The notes under the pieces: generated by a model
Told to the model about the DNA's origin: nothing
What the model saw: the letters and a program-made list of their open reading frames with translations, nothing else
Databases searched by the model: none
Shown: one piece after another, positions 12,287 to 32,788 of the stretch
How positions within the stretch are numbered: position 1 is the stretch's first letter
How the letters are laid out: each line of letters opens with the position of its first letter
Source of the DNA: Convolutriloba macropyga
Lineage: Eukaryota
DNA: 64,000 nt
NCBI RefSeq assembly: GCF_964194025.1
Contig: NC_134477.1
Span: 7,440,001-7,504,000 of the forward strand
Direction: 5' to 3'
Program-made: the position numbers and the translations under genes

Positions 12287-13742
12287 CCAAAGCTTCCTGA
12301 TCAACCGTTAATTGATGATAATGTGCGAAAAATAAACAATTTATCAATCTCAAATCAAATCATGCAAGTTTTTGTCTTGTTTTATTCTAAACGCTTCTTT
12401 ACGCGAAGTTCACAACATGATGCAGTAACATAGAACACATCAAATGATAAGTCAAGGAAAAAAGTTTGCTCAATTTGAAATATGTTCATAAAATTGGTAG
12501 CAGAAACCAACATATCAAGGTGCAGTGTTAATTAGTATGAGCTCCCTAGAGAACAAGATAATCCTATATATTATACTCATGAGCTCTCAAATGGGACAAT
12601 TTTTCTGCATGTCTAAGGTGCCTCTCGAAGCGCATGTTTACAGGCCGCATTGAGCAGCATGGTTAAGCAAACATACAGAGAGAGGTCAGCGACCTCAGAC
12701 CTAAAATGCTCAATGTAGTAGATGATTGAGAACCGAACCTGCGACAAAAAACTGTTACTGTACGGGCTGCTCTTTGCATTCAACAAAGTTTTTCATGCTT
12801 TACTCTTTGAATTTTTTCTGATCGCAATTGCTCTCAATCTTAAATATTTTTATTGATATGATAAAATTGATTGTGAGAAAAGTTGTTATGTGGTCGGTAT
12901 AGCGCTGGTGGTAAGATGGAGGGCTGCTATTCTGAGGGTTGAGGGTTCGAACTTGTTTCGGACACTCTACCTTTTGTAGAAATAAAAATTTCAAATCAAC
13001 AGCATGCTGCCTGTTGTTCAAGAGAAGTTCTTGCAACGCTGAGTTGTTTTACGTTCCTGTGTCGGTTTGGGGATGACAAATGCTAATTCTGTATATCAAA
13101 CGCGAAAGCTCTTAAAATGGGACAATTTTTCTGATAAAATTCATTAAAAAAGGCGCATTGTCATGACCGAGATAATGAGACTGCAATTCGATCATGACTA
13201 TTTTGAATTGCATTGATTGACTGTTGATATTATTGACAGTGTGGAGAGGAGTTGATAGAAATAAAAGTTGGTTGATGAAAAGAACAGATGGATTTGAAAT
13301 GAAATTGTCCACAAATGTTTTACAAAAGTCAGAGCCATATCGAACTCTCTATTCATCCAAAGACCTGCAACATAGAGTAATCAGATACTTAATAGAACAT
13401 ACTAACGTAAGCAATGTAGGAGTTGCTGCATAGTTTTCTGCATAGTTTTAAAATGCTTTCGTTTTTCATCCATGTATCAGTTGCAATTTTTGATCAGCAC
13501 TCAATTGCGTACTGATTGTCATTTCATAAACTATTAATCACCAAAGCTTCCTGATCAACCGTTAATTGATGATATTGTGCAACAAATAAACAATTTACCA
13601 ATCTCAAAACCAAATCATGCAAGATTTTTTCTTGTTTTATCCTAAACGTTTCTTTACGCGAAGCTCACAACATGATGCAGTAACATAGAACTCATCAAAT
13701 AATAAGTAAAGGAAAAAATTTGCTCGATTAGAAATAAGTTCG
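12287..13742. repeat. Pair of ~200-bp direct repeats (12287-12488 and 13541-13742)
   Basis: Both start CCAAAGCTTCCTGATCAACCGTTAATTGATGAT and remain colinear. Confidence 0.85.
12885..13090 (+). mobile_element. tRNA-derived SINE-like element
   Basis: A-box-like TAGCGCTGGTGG (12900), B-box GGTTCGAAC (12944), and a body shared with 13945-14175. Confidence 0.55.
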
Positions 13743-13944
13743 TCTATTTGGTATTAAAGTATGCTTACCCAGAGGGAGGATTTACTGAGCAACTGAGATT
13801 CTGAGCTATTCTAGAACGCCCTTAGCTTTCATCTAAATTTCTCACTCTTTTTTTTATTTCTCACGCTATACTGTATGATCTCAAATGCCCAAAATCTGAA
13901 TTAAGGTTATAGATACGATAAAAGCAAATGTCAGAAATAGTGGT

Positions 13945-14175
13945 ATGTTGTTGTTATAGCGCAGTTGGTAAGATGGAGGCCAGCTGTTCTCAGGGTCGAG
14001 AATTGGAGCCCGTGTCGGGTACCCTAACTTTTTTTAGACATGAAAATTTCTAATCAACACCATGTAGCCTTGTTTTCGAGAAGAGTTTTTGCGACGCAGG
14101 TTGGTTTATATTCCCGCGTGTGTTTGTGTGTGTGTGTGTGTATTTGTGTGTTTGGGGGATAAAAATGGCAATTGT
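13945..14175 (+). mobile_element. tRNA-derived SINE-like element, second copy, with a (TG)n tract
   Basis: A-box-like TAGCGCAGTTGG (13957), degenerate B box, colinear with 12885-13090. Confidence 0.5.
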
Positions 14176-14330
14176 TTTCTCATTGTAGCGATTCCTCTTT
14201 CCATTCGCTTGGTCTTTTTGTTTTTTTTTCAAATCTTTGAACGATGGTTTTTCTTGAAAACCACTGGGATTTTTTTGTTCATTTTGTTGCCCTCAAACAA
14301 ACTTTAGATCAATCATTTTTATTCTCCTTC

Positions 14331-14695
14331 NNNNNNNNNNNNNNNNNNNNNNNNNNNNNNNNNNNNNNNNNNNNNNNNNNNNNNNNNNNNNNNNNNNNNN
14401 NNNNNNNNNNNNNNNNNNNNNNNNNNNNNNNNNNNNNNNNNNNNNNNNNNNNNNNNNNNNNNNNNNNNNNNNNNNNNNNNNNNNNNNNNNNNNNNNNNNN
14501 NNNNNNNNNNNNNNNNNNNNNNNNNNNNNNNNNNNNNNNNNNNNNNNNNNNNNNNNNNNNNNNNNNNNNNNNNNNNNNNNNNNNNNNNNNNNNNNNNNNN
14601 NNNNNNNNNNNNNNNNNNNNNNNNNNNNNNNNNNNNNNNNNNNNNNNNNNNNNNNNNNNNNNNNNNNNNNNNNNNNNNNNNNNNNNNNNNNNNNN
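14331..14695. other. Assembly gap (365 N), followed by a (CT)n microsatellite at ~14724-14821
   Basis: Run of N. Confidence 1.
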
Positions 14696-14722
14696 TCTAT
14701 TTCTCTTTCCTTCATTCAGTTT

Positions 14723-14760
<38 letters not shown>

Positions 14761-14795
14761 TTCTTTGTTTCCATTTCTTTCATATTCGCGCTCTC

Positions 14796-14827
<32 letters not shown>

Positions 14828-15139
14828 TTGTTTTCCTTTCTATTTTTATCTTCTCAAATTTAATGATCAAGAAAACCAATTGAGCAAACAGTTACCACAA
14901 GCAAGGGGAGGCCAAAACAGAATACACCAAGGGTTTCAAACAGACTGAATTGGATAAATCAAACAGCTTTCTCTGTCCTCCATAGGATAACCATAAGTTG
15001 AATTTTGTTTTATAGCTGTTGATTTGCCGTTCTATAACCATTACCCATAAAGTTGCTATGAAAGTAAGTTTTGAGCATTTATAATCGTATTGTCTAATCT
15101 TACTCTATTATATTAAATATCTGTCGCAATTGAGCGCAA

Positions 15140-15750
15140 ACGTTAACAATGCTACAACTGTCAAGTTCGCATCACAGACATGAATGCCGTCCCGGACAAA
15201 TATGTAAGAACTTGAAAAGTGCAAAAGCTGGCGACAAAAAGGAGTCGCGGCCCAAATGAAAATTACCGAGATGGACTGATCAACCTTAAACTTCTACCCC
15301 TGTGTCTTTATGCTGAACTACACGACCTACTGTATCTCTTGGCAATCATGAGGGGAGAGTATGAAATTACCTTAGATCTACAAGAAAAGCTCCTTGAAGC
15401 CACTCGACAAGGTACTAGAGGAGAATTCAAAATTCCTAACAGTCCCTTACAAAAAAAACGGCGACAACTTTTTTTGGCAGAACTAAGGCTCTCTATAATC
15501 TAGTTATTAGAGTATACAAAAACTACGGGCAGTACCTAAACAAGCAAACGTTGTTGAGGATTTACTACAAATTCTTCGAAAAACCCTTCACAAAAAATAT
15601 TAAATGCATATGGAGAATACTCTGCGGAAGAGGACATTAAAATCCCCTGAAAACAAAGTAAACCCTATAATCTGAACCCTGTAAGCTGACTTTGAAACAT
15701 GGGTGAAAACCTTTGAACAAATATTCCAAGGCTTAATCTAATACTATTAT
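15140..15750 (+). mobile_element. 3' fragment of a CR1/L2-type LINE
   Basis: KVQKLATK...NYRDGLINLKLLPLCLYAELHDLLYL matches the typical post-RT region of CR1-like ORF2. It ends in a short (TAT/TAC)n tail near 15745-15760. Confidence 0.7.
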
Positions 15751-15986
15751 TACTCCTATTGTAACATATTTTAGGGGTCCTTAATCATCCAACCTAGCGG
15801 ATAACAAATGCGTTCCGACAAGCGCTTTGCCACCTTATCTAAGCTCCTAATATCCAGATTTTTACGCTCATTACGCATGCGGTATAGGAAAAACAACCGA
15901 GTCATAAACGCCATTGTACAGAAATTTGCAGTAGAAGGTGCAAAGGACAAGTGCATTACTCTGCACTTGTCCTTTGCTCTTTCTAC

Positions 15987-16557
15987 AATACCCTGAAAAA
16001 TGGACCTCCAAGATAACCAACGATGCATTCCAGAAAATCATAAGTAAAGCAAATGGAAAAATGAAGGCGAGAAGGTACAACTGAGGGGACAAAATTTGCC
16101 AGTGAAAGATGTTAAACCATTGTTTTTCCTGCAGTATCGAGGTGACATCAGCCTTCAAATGAAGCGAAAATTGGGAACAACGTGCCAATTGACAACCATA
16201 TTCACAACGCGAAAACAATGTACTTGCCTACCATCCCTGAAATCTAGTTTTGATAGAAATCTGAAGTCTCGTGTGGTCTACGAACTCAGCTCTTGTGGAT
16301 GCAGTTCTACCTATGTCGGACAAACGTGTCGACATTTGGCCACGAGAATTTCTGAGCATCAGAAAACTGATTCATTGGTGGGACAACATGTATTGGAATG
16401 CTGTGGGACTCTAACGGCCTTTAATTATAAGATAATTGATCAGTGCCAGGATAGCGAAAAATTTATGACCACAGAAGCTGTACACATTAGTAGACGCAAG
16501 CCACAACCGAATACGGGGGACGAGTGCAAAAGTAGGGAACTAACACTGAAATACTAA
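15987..16557 (+). mobile_element. Penelope-like element fragment: end of RT plus GIY-YIG endonuclease
   Basis: QYPEKW...; SRVVYELSSCGCSSTYVGQTCRHLATRISEH...EAVHISRRKP (VVY/YVG motif, R...EH, terminal E...KP). Confidence 0.88.
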
Positions 16558-16899
16558 GTGCAGAAGGCATGTTCTGCCCATAAATGTTCGAATTGCCACG
16601 CGAGCAACGTTATATATTGGATTAAAACGAAATTCTCCTATTCGAAACTCATACAGAAAAAGACTCATATTAAAAGTTTTAAAGATCTTTTAACATTTTA
16701 ACAAACTTTCAGGTTGAATCCGGAAAACAATTCGAAAATGTAAATAGATAATCAAGACACGTTGTTGTATGTATGTATGCATTTTTGTAAATATTTACTT
16801 TTTTAATTTTTATTTTAAGTTTTAAACTGCTAACGATGCAAGTTAATGCGCAAACGTTCGAGTAATTTAAACATTTTATATCGACTTTCAACACTTTTT

Positions 16900-17010
16900 A
16901 GCAGGTGCACTACGCATAGTTAGCGTAAGGTGTGAGACCTATGGCTGCTAAGCGAGGGGTATGGTTTTGAGCCCGAGTCGGTGCGAAACAGAAACCTTAA
17001 CTTCTTTTAA
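16900..17010 (+). mobile_element. Possible degenerate tRNA-related SINE head
   Basis: ...GGCTGCTAAGCGAGGGGTATGGTTTTGAGCCCGAGTCGG...ACCTTAACTTCTTT resembles the heads at 12.9 and 13.95 kb. Confidence 0.3.
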
Positions 17011-17299
17011 ACCTCTTATTCATGTAAATGATTTTCTTGTTATGGTTTTGCGGGCCTCTTAGTCATCATTGAAGGCACAATCGATAATAAATTTTAGCCA
17101 CAAGCACCGTGGAGTTTTCTTAAAAAGCTTTTAGTACTAAGGAAAAACTTTTTTTCAAATCTGAATAATGTATAACAAACATAACCATTTGGTTAATGTT
17201 ACATGTTATAAATTTATTAATCAAACTTATTGTTTTCTAACTCATAACAAACTAAGGTTTGGTTTTCTTAAAATAGTTTAGTAAAAAATATGTTTGAAT

Positions 17300-20200
17300 C
17301 CTGCAGCCCTTCTGTCTATTGGAACTCTTTCTCGTCGTTTAAGCATTTCCGCTGTAACTTTTTGTTTATATTTGGTCTTCGACATTTCTTTTCCAATTGT
17401 AATTGGAAGTGTGTTCCATTTTCGAATATAGTTACAAAAAATTGAACCATTACTCCATTTTGACTACATTTTTATTCTACGAAAAGGTTATGAGTTCGTT
17501 TGTTTGCAATAATTGTCACGTTTTCCAAAAATCTGAAATGTTTATTAGAGCGATTTATTGTTTGTTGGAGAATATTGAAAAACCTGTTTAATGACACTCG
17601 TGTTATTTGGAGCTGGAAGAATTTTAGTCTTCAGAAGTAGATCTCTGGCAGTATCGTTTTTGGTTTTCATAAAACCAATTTTTTTGCCCCAGTTTATCTG
17701 TTTGTTAATTTTGTCAATAGAGTAAGATGGTAAATTTTGATAAAGATTCGCACTAAGATCTAAATGAGATAAAACTAGAGATTTAAAAAGATTTTTTCTA
17801 GTTTTTAACGGTACCTGATAACGCACCAAATATAATGATCGGATTGCTGAAACTATTTTACTGATAACCTTATTTAGTTGATTTTGGTATATCAGTTCCC
17901 TATCAGTTATTACACCTAAATCTTTACATTTTTCAGATGGTTCCAATTGGTGTCCCTTGAAATCGACAGTTTTAATGATTGGCAATTTTTCATTCCTGAA
18001 CACCATTAACTCCGTTTTTTTCTCATTCAAGATTAACCTGTTTTGTTTCATATATTGATTTGTCTTGTTTAATGTATCTTCAGCTATTAGCTGCAAATTT
18101 GCTGCTTTATGCTTTGCATAACATAGAATTGCTGTATCATCGGCAAACTGTAATACATCACAAGTCGATGATACAACTTCATTGAAGTCGTTGACAAAAA
18201 GTGTAAAAATTAAAGGCCCTAAGACAGTTCCCTGAGGAACACAGTGATTTATGACAACCCAATCTGATTTTGCTATCCCATTTTTAACCTACTGTTTTCT
18301 ATCACAAAGGAAGGAGTTTAATAAGATTCTTGCCTTCTCTCCAATTCCTTACCTTTTTATTTTGTTCAAAAGAACATCTATAGATATTGAGTTGAAAACC
18401 TTTGCTAAGTCTATAAAAAGCGTGACAACAATTTCGTTTTCGTCATTGCATTGTTTTTTTTTTACAGTTAATGAAATGATAGCATCGAGACAAGACTTTT
18501 TTCTTTTGAAATCCGAATTGATGATTGTTAATCAGAGTTAAGAGTTAGGTGGTGAGTTGGTTGTTCAAGTAGTAATCGCTCAAAAATTTTTGCTAGAGTT
18601 GCTGTGACTGATATGGCTGGATACTTTTCTGGTTCTAGTCGGTCTCCTTTCTTATAAACAGGTGTAACATGGACTGTTTTCAAAATATAAGGAAACGTGT
18701 TCTGTTTATACAATCATTGTCGACAAATTGTAAATGAGTTCCAATAGACAGTTTGCTATCTTTTAGCGCCCATGCCGGTATATAGCCCGGTCTGGGCGAT
18801 CTATGCTTAGGTAGATTATCAATAACATTATACACGTCTTTTCTGATGACTGGTCGGAAGCTAAATTCAGGTCGCTCAAATGTTAGAGAAAAAGGATTTG
18901 GAGAAATGTCTTTGCCGTTTTATAATCCGATCCTCGAAAAACAGTTATTAAGAATATTGGCAATCTTTCTGTCATCCTCAACAAAATGACTACATTCCCT
19001 TAATTTGTCAATTTTTTCTATTTGACTGTTGGAGTGGATCCTGTTTTTGATAAATTTCCATGGTAATCTTGAATTTGGTTCGCTCCTGGAAAAAACTCTT
19101 TGTATAATCATCTCCAGCTTTTTTCAGTTTTCTTTTCCTTGAATTGCGTTAAGATCTGTAAATATTATAAATCTCTGGTTTTGGGTTTTTCTTCCACGCA
19201 TTAAAGAGACGGTGTTTTTCATTTATGAGACCACGTAATTCCTCTGTCAATCATTGCTTTTGTTGTTTTTTGTACTGCTTTCTACCAACTTCAAGGGTGC
19301 ATGACAACTCAGTATATTTTCAAAAATGTCGATAAATTTCAAAAACATATCGTTAGGTTCATTTATCTGGCACATACGCGACCAATCTTACAGCGCAATG
19401 TCACGATTGAAATTTGATCTTAAATATTTCTTGGTATTGCGTATCAAAAACTGTCTTTTCTTATCACTGCGATCTATCTGTAATGATGACTGGTCTTTTA
19501 TTGTGAAGTGATCAACTCCAAGAGTCGACTCTAGGACATTGGCTTAAAAAATTTGGTTTTTCGAGATAAAACAGTGATTAATTAACAAAAATTTTTCACC
19601 TTTTGTCCATGTTGCCTCTGTTTCATTAACGTAACAAAGACCATTGTTTGCTGTGGAAATATCAAGTGACTGTCTGCCTTTTGCGCCTAACAAGTTTATA
19701 TTCTGATCTCCGAATAAAATTAGATTATCTGTATACGAATACACATTTGAGTTTTCTACAGTCATTTCATCCAGAAAAAAGTTAGAAAGATTTACATTGG
19801 GGCAGTATGCTACATTAATGAGTAGTTTTTGTGTTAAAGGCCTACTAATTGCAACCCACATTGACTCAAAAAAAACTTCTATTGATTATGTTCAAATCAT
19901 TTCTCATTTTTACTGTAAGCTTTTTGGGAGCCCAAATACCTACCCATCCGTCTCTCTGTACATTAGTTAATGATGATCTCGGTTGGTGAACGAAATGATG
20001 ACGCTTGCGCAGAGGAAACTCGGGAATGTCAGATTTTTTAATTTATCCATGTTTCGGTAACAACTAGGAATGAAGTTTCATCAAGATTTTTCAAAAAAAC
20101 GAGACAGTTGCTCATGTTTATTATTGAGGCTTCTACAATTCATATACCAAAACTTGGGAAACTCCGATTTTCTCCCACACCCACCATTGTACTTTTTAAT

Positions 20201-20350
20201 TGTTGTTATACTATCCAAATTCGATGGAGCTGGGTTTCTCTCAATGTGACCATTTTTTCGTAGAATAAAAACGATGATTATAAGTAGATATTTTATGTTA
20301 AATTTTTTGCTGCATAGTTGGTGGTAAAATTGTGCATGACGTCTTCATAA
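17300..20350 (-). mobile_element. Decayed APE-type LINE (CR1/L2 group) ORF2: 2A-like motif, endonuclease, RT
   Basis: Endonuclease motifs MNCRSL, VTETW, FGDQNIN and INHCF. RT motifs VTPVYKKGD, FIDLAKVF, VPQGTVLGPLIFTLFVND, QFADDT and DLGVITD. Multiple frameshifts. Confidence 0.9.
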
Positions 20351-21249
20351 AGACATTAACAAACACAAAATACTAAGTGCAGTCTGAAAACCGAAAACTA
20401 AGGTGCTACTTAATCAGACTGAGAATTGTCTGAAATCTCTCGCGGCAACCATAGTGATTGATTTTTGTGCTTTCACGTATGTTGGTTAAACTTACCAACC
20501 TCTGGGACAGAATTTGATTGAATTCTCGGTTTTCTCGAATTCAGAGTGGGAAGTTATTGATGAAAACAACTACAGTAATAAGCTTTTAACTATTGAAAAC
20601 TTTCAAATCGCTGAGACCACACCCAAACTCAACTCAAGCGAGAAGATGCGGGGATTGAAACTGACGTTTAAATTTTCTCCCGCGGAAACGTTTCCGCTGC
20701 CGAACAAATCGAGTACTGCGTTTGACGTTTTAGACTTCTACAATCACTAGAAAACTACAATGATTATAGAATTTAAAAGAAAAAAATCTGGAAAACAAGA
20801 GAATTGAATATGCGTATAACCAAATTTCAAAATTTTGAAAGTAAACTTTATGGTTCTAGAACCACCAAAAGACTTTTTGCGCTGTTACCGATCTTTTTTT
20901 TCGTGTATGTATTTTTTAAGCAAGTTGATTTTAATTTAATGCTCTAGTAATTGCTTGCTAGCTAAAATGTACGTTTTTTAGTTGATCACATTGAATTTCT
21001 TGTTTTAAAATCTACTTCAAATGATTGCATCCAAAGATTTGTAAGTTTTAGTGAGGTACGGTCGAACGGCATCATCAATGTTTCGAAAAGACAAAGAGAA
21101 AAAACACGACAGGAATTTTACCACCGAAACTTTTAGGATGTCGTTCGACCGTCACTCGAGTGTATACTCGGGTAAGAGCTCTCTTTAATTGTTCTTTTGG
21201 CCAAAAACGTAATGCAAATTATAAAGCAGTAGGAACATTAGAAGGATTT

Positions 21250-21420
21250 CTCAAATAGTATATAAGCACCTCGAGCAAACATGCACCCACTCGTATAAGA
21301 GCCACTTTTTCGATAAGTTCGAAGTGAGGAACTTTATCAAAGGCCATCGAGAAGTCAGTAAAAAAGCCGTCACTTCTTATGTACTTTCGAACTACATTTT
21401 TGTAGAACTTCATAAATGTA
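21250..21420 (-). mobile_element. Short LINE RT fragment
   Basis: FFTDFSMAFDKVPHFELIEKV...GACLLEVLIYYLRN is a non-LTR RT motif. Confidence 0.75.
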
Positions 21421-21719
21421 TTTTCGTAAACTCATTATTCCCCCACACGTACACGAATTTTTTTTATAGCCCCCCTTTTTGATATATTTACAATGATTCG
21501 CGGGGGACCTCTAGACGTGAAGTTCCATCGAAGCGATGTGTAGAGTATTATAAATCCATGATCAGCCATGAAGGCAATTTTGAAATTAGTCGAAGCGAAT
21601 GTTCGCTTTGGACGTATCTCGCGATTCGCTTTACTAATCGTGTCTTTCGGTAGTAGAGTTCCCTTCAGTTTTTTATTTGTCTTTTCGAATGTTTGAAGAT
21701 GTTCGACCGTCCGTCGCAA

Positions 21720-22560
21720 TCTTACTCTACTACTAGCCTTAGATCTCATCGCCGGTTTCGACAAGATGTACCAGTACCAAATGCTACAAAATGATGGGTT
21801 GCTCCATACTTACAGGGGAAGACCCAAGTTTTCTTACGGAGAATATAACAATAAAAAATCAAGCGGAGAAAAATCAAGCGGTGCCCCCCAAGGTGGTGTG
21901 CTATCGCCAATGCTCTTCAACATCCACATGAGTAAGCTGCTTCTACCCAGATATAAGCATCACGTCATGCTGATGATATAACTTTAAATACACCTCTCCC
22001 ACAGTTTGAAAAATTACGTGACATAATTACTCCCTACCTAAATTTCTCACACGACTGGCTAGAATAAAAAAACATGAGCTATCAACAGAAATCAAGTGCT
22101 ACTGTTTACAACTTGGAGCCAAGTTTAACCCAAGCCTCACTATCAATAATTCACCAATACCAGTAAAGTCCTAAATACTTGGTGTCATCTTCGATAGTAT
22201 GTTCAATTTTGGAGAACATGTAAGGAGCACCAAAGAAACTATAAAAGCGCAAAAACATTCTGAAAAATGTTGCTGGTAGCGACTGGGGCTGCACAAAAGA
22301 GGCACTCTCAGTGACTTTCAAAGCTATAAGTCGAAGCGTGCTGAACTATGGTGCTCCCATTTGGGCTTCCACAGCCAGCAATACAAACAGAAACTACCTG
22401 CAAACACACAACATTGCCCTTCGCACAATTACTGGCTGTGTAAAAATGTCCGACATCAATGACTTACACAACGAGAGGTCACGCAGAAATGTTAGCAAAG
22501 CAATTTCTAGCCGACAATTTCAAACAACCTCCTCAACCAGTTTTGGTCCCATGAGACCGA
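21720..22560 (+). mobile_element. Decayed LINE RT fragment (I/Jockey-group-like)
   Basis: ALDLIAGFD, GAPQGGVLSPMLFNI, HADDI, ILGVIFDS, AGSDWG, RSVLNYGAPIW, ALRTITG. Confidence 0.82.
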
Positions 22561-22831
22561 CACTAAATGATACTTATGAGATTAGTAAATGATACTTAAA
22601 TGAGATTATAGCAAGAAATGAGATCCTCGTGGAAAATTTTAGTATTTTGTTCCCCTCTCCAAAGTTTTGTGGGCATACATCTTTTACGCTCATCAAGCGC
22701 ACGTACATAGTAACTTGCTATATAAAAACATAAATTTGAAAGTGGTTGGGGGGAGGGGGGGGGGGGGGTGTACCAATACACTGGGAGGGGGGATTCATTT
22801 TTTCAATATTTTTTGTTTATTTTCTAGAAAC

Positions 22832-24449
22832 ATGAGCTCTCTAATCCGTTGTTGTAGTCGACTGACTTCATCTGCTAGACCAGTATTCAGATGGGGAGTT
22901 CAAAACGCCAAAAGTGTTCAACTGTTGCCAGAATCCTTAACGATAGAGAAGATGCACGAGATGGAATGGAAAGATATTATAGGCGCAACAATGCACGAAG
23001 TATCTATTGATGACCTTGAATATCAGCCCCTTTTTGACCAGCCGCCAGATAAAATTCTTGGAATTGGTTTGAATTATTTGGATCATTTAGAAGAGCAGAA
23101 TGTCCCAGTGGAGAAGTATCCGCAAGCACCCGTCGTATTCAACAAAGTAAAGATGTTTTATTTCAATTGTTTGTCTGGCTAGTAAATAGTAAGAAGTGCT
23201 TCCTTTGTCCTCAATCGTAAATTATCTCAATTGCATTATGTCACAGGGTAAATTTAAGTTAGCGTGATAAGTTGGCTTTAGTTTCCTTCTACAATTGTCT
23301 GCAACCATCAGTCAGTTATCCATCCGTCAGCTACTTCGCAGCTGGATTATGAAGTTGAGTTAGCTGTTATTATTGGGAAAGGCGGAAAGAATATAAACGA
23401 ATCGGGGGCGCTGAATCACGTTTTTGGATACACCGTTGCCAATGATATCACTGCTCGTGATTGGCAGAAAATGAACAATAGACAATGGATATTGGCAAAG
23501 AGCATGGATACTTTTTGCCCATTAGGTGAGTCATTATGGAAATGTTATTTCCCTGTGCTTCCTTGCTGGTAGTAAAGAGTGCTTGAATAGAGATTCAACT
23601 CTCTAGTCAGCATTTGGATAATATCTGGATCAATTTTGTTTCAGCCCCGGATCCTTTGTGCCGCCCCCCCCCCCCCCCCCCCCCGTACGTTATGCTCCCC
23701 CTAGTTACAGAGCACGTGTCAATACGTGTTAAATTATTATGTAAAAATATGACACGTGCTTCGGTGGGTGCAAATAATATGCACCCACTAAGCTGGGGGG
23801 AACAAACGGAAATGATCCCAGACCCCAGCAGTTTTTATGCCGCCACTTAATAAATTATGTGTTGTTATGTGTAAAAATATAGCAGGTGCGCATGGGGGCG
23901 TAAGTTACTAAAAAGTTTGACTATAATAAATGCACACTGAGAATTGTCTGCAAATGTGGGCACTGGCAAAAACGGAACTTCAACAAGTTTGGACTTGCAG
24001 TGTGGTCTCATAATCCACTGGGTTTCCCCAAAGCCTTAACTACTACTATTTGGTAAATTATGACACAGCGGGACTTTTTTTTCTGAGCTAGTTTGAACTG
24101 TATTTCGATGCAAAATAAATTTCTAACTTGTATTTTGTTTTTAGGTCCCGGTATCCGTACTAAAGAATTCATAACAAATCCTCATAATCTGGACATAAAG
24201 TGCGAGGTTAACGGCGAAGTAAGACAAAGCAGTAATACTAGCAACCTTCTGTTCAAAATTCCGCAATTGATTGCTTATATCTCGAAGCTAGTTACACTGA
24301 AAACGGGTGACATTATTCTCACGGGTACCCCGGGAGGTGTCGGCGCTTTCAGAGATCCACCGATGTTTCTGAAGCCTGGAGATACTGTTAAGTGTACGAT
24401 AGATGGAATCGGAGAGTTGACTAATTCAGTCATAATGGAGGATAGCTAA
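22832..24449 (+). CDS. FAHD2: Fumarylacetoacetate hydrolase domain-containing protein 2-like (~287 aa); exons 22832-23146, 23282-23525, 24145-24449
   Basis: Motifs [60 protein letters not shown] and [13 protein letters not shown]. Both introns are GT-AG with compatible phases (0, 1). Confidence 0.93.
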
Positions 24450-25002
24450 TGTACTGTCATATCTGTCAAATTAAATGCGCTAAAAACTTTTGAATGGTGA
24501 ATAGAAATGGCTTATTTAATTTTTCACACTCAATATATATTTATTCAGGCGGTTTGAGCAGTATTTGAACGTCACACCATGTAAAAATTATAACCAGATG
24601 ATTAAATTTTTACACGTTAATTATTATTAAAAGTTCCGCAATCCTGGAAAAGATTAGGCATGCTAAGCCTTAAGATGAATATCGCATCAAAATTTATTGG
24701 CTTAGAATGCATGCTGCCTGAGGCCTGAAAATTGGGCTCAATAAGTATGTAAATCTGGCCAAGATATCGGTTTTAACAATAAATGTTGACATCATATGAA
24801 GATTCGATGGTCAAACTGTCGCCGTCAAACTACAGTCAAATTGTGAATGATATCGATCGAATTATGCTTATTTTTTGGATTTTGTGTTTTTAAGGTCGGT
24901 GAAATTTATTTATAGTACGTGGATTTTACCAAGTTGGTAGTACAGTTCACAACACTGATGAGAATTTTAATTTTTCAGGTGTTATGTGGCGAAGTGTCTA
25001 GA

Positions 25003-32788
<7,786 letters not shown>

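Noticed and set aside
12895-12965. Functional tRNA gene
   Set aside because: A and B boxes are present but there is no closing acceptor stem or clean cloverleaf, so it was treated as a SINE head.
14244-14948. Long ORFs spanning N runs (also 50504-51017)
   Set aside because: Artefacts of assembly gaps.
16557-16700. Hammerhead ribozyme expected near a Penelope element (also considered for the satellite head, CTGATAA)
   Set aside because: No CTGANGA...GAAA core with supporting stems was found by eye.
22748-23684. Poly-G before FAHD2 exon 1 and poly-C in intron 2 as a long-range pairing or G-quadruplex switch
   Set aside because: Homopolymer runs are common low-complexity features, and nothing else supports function.
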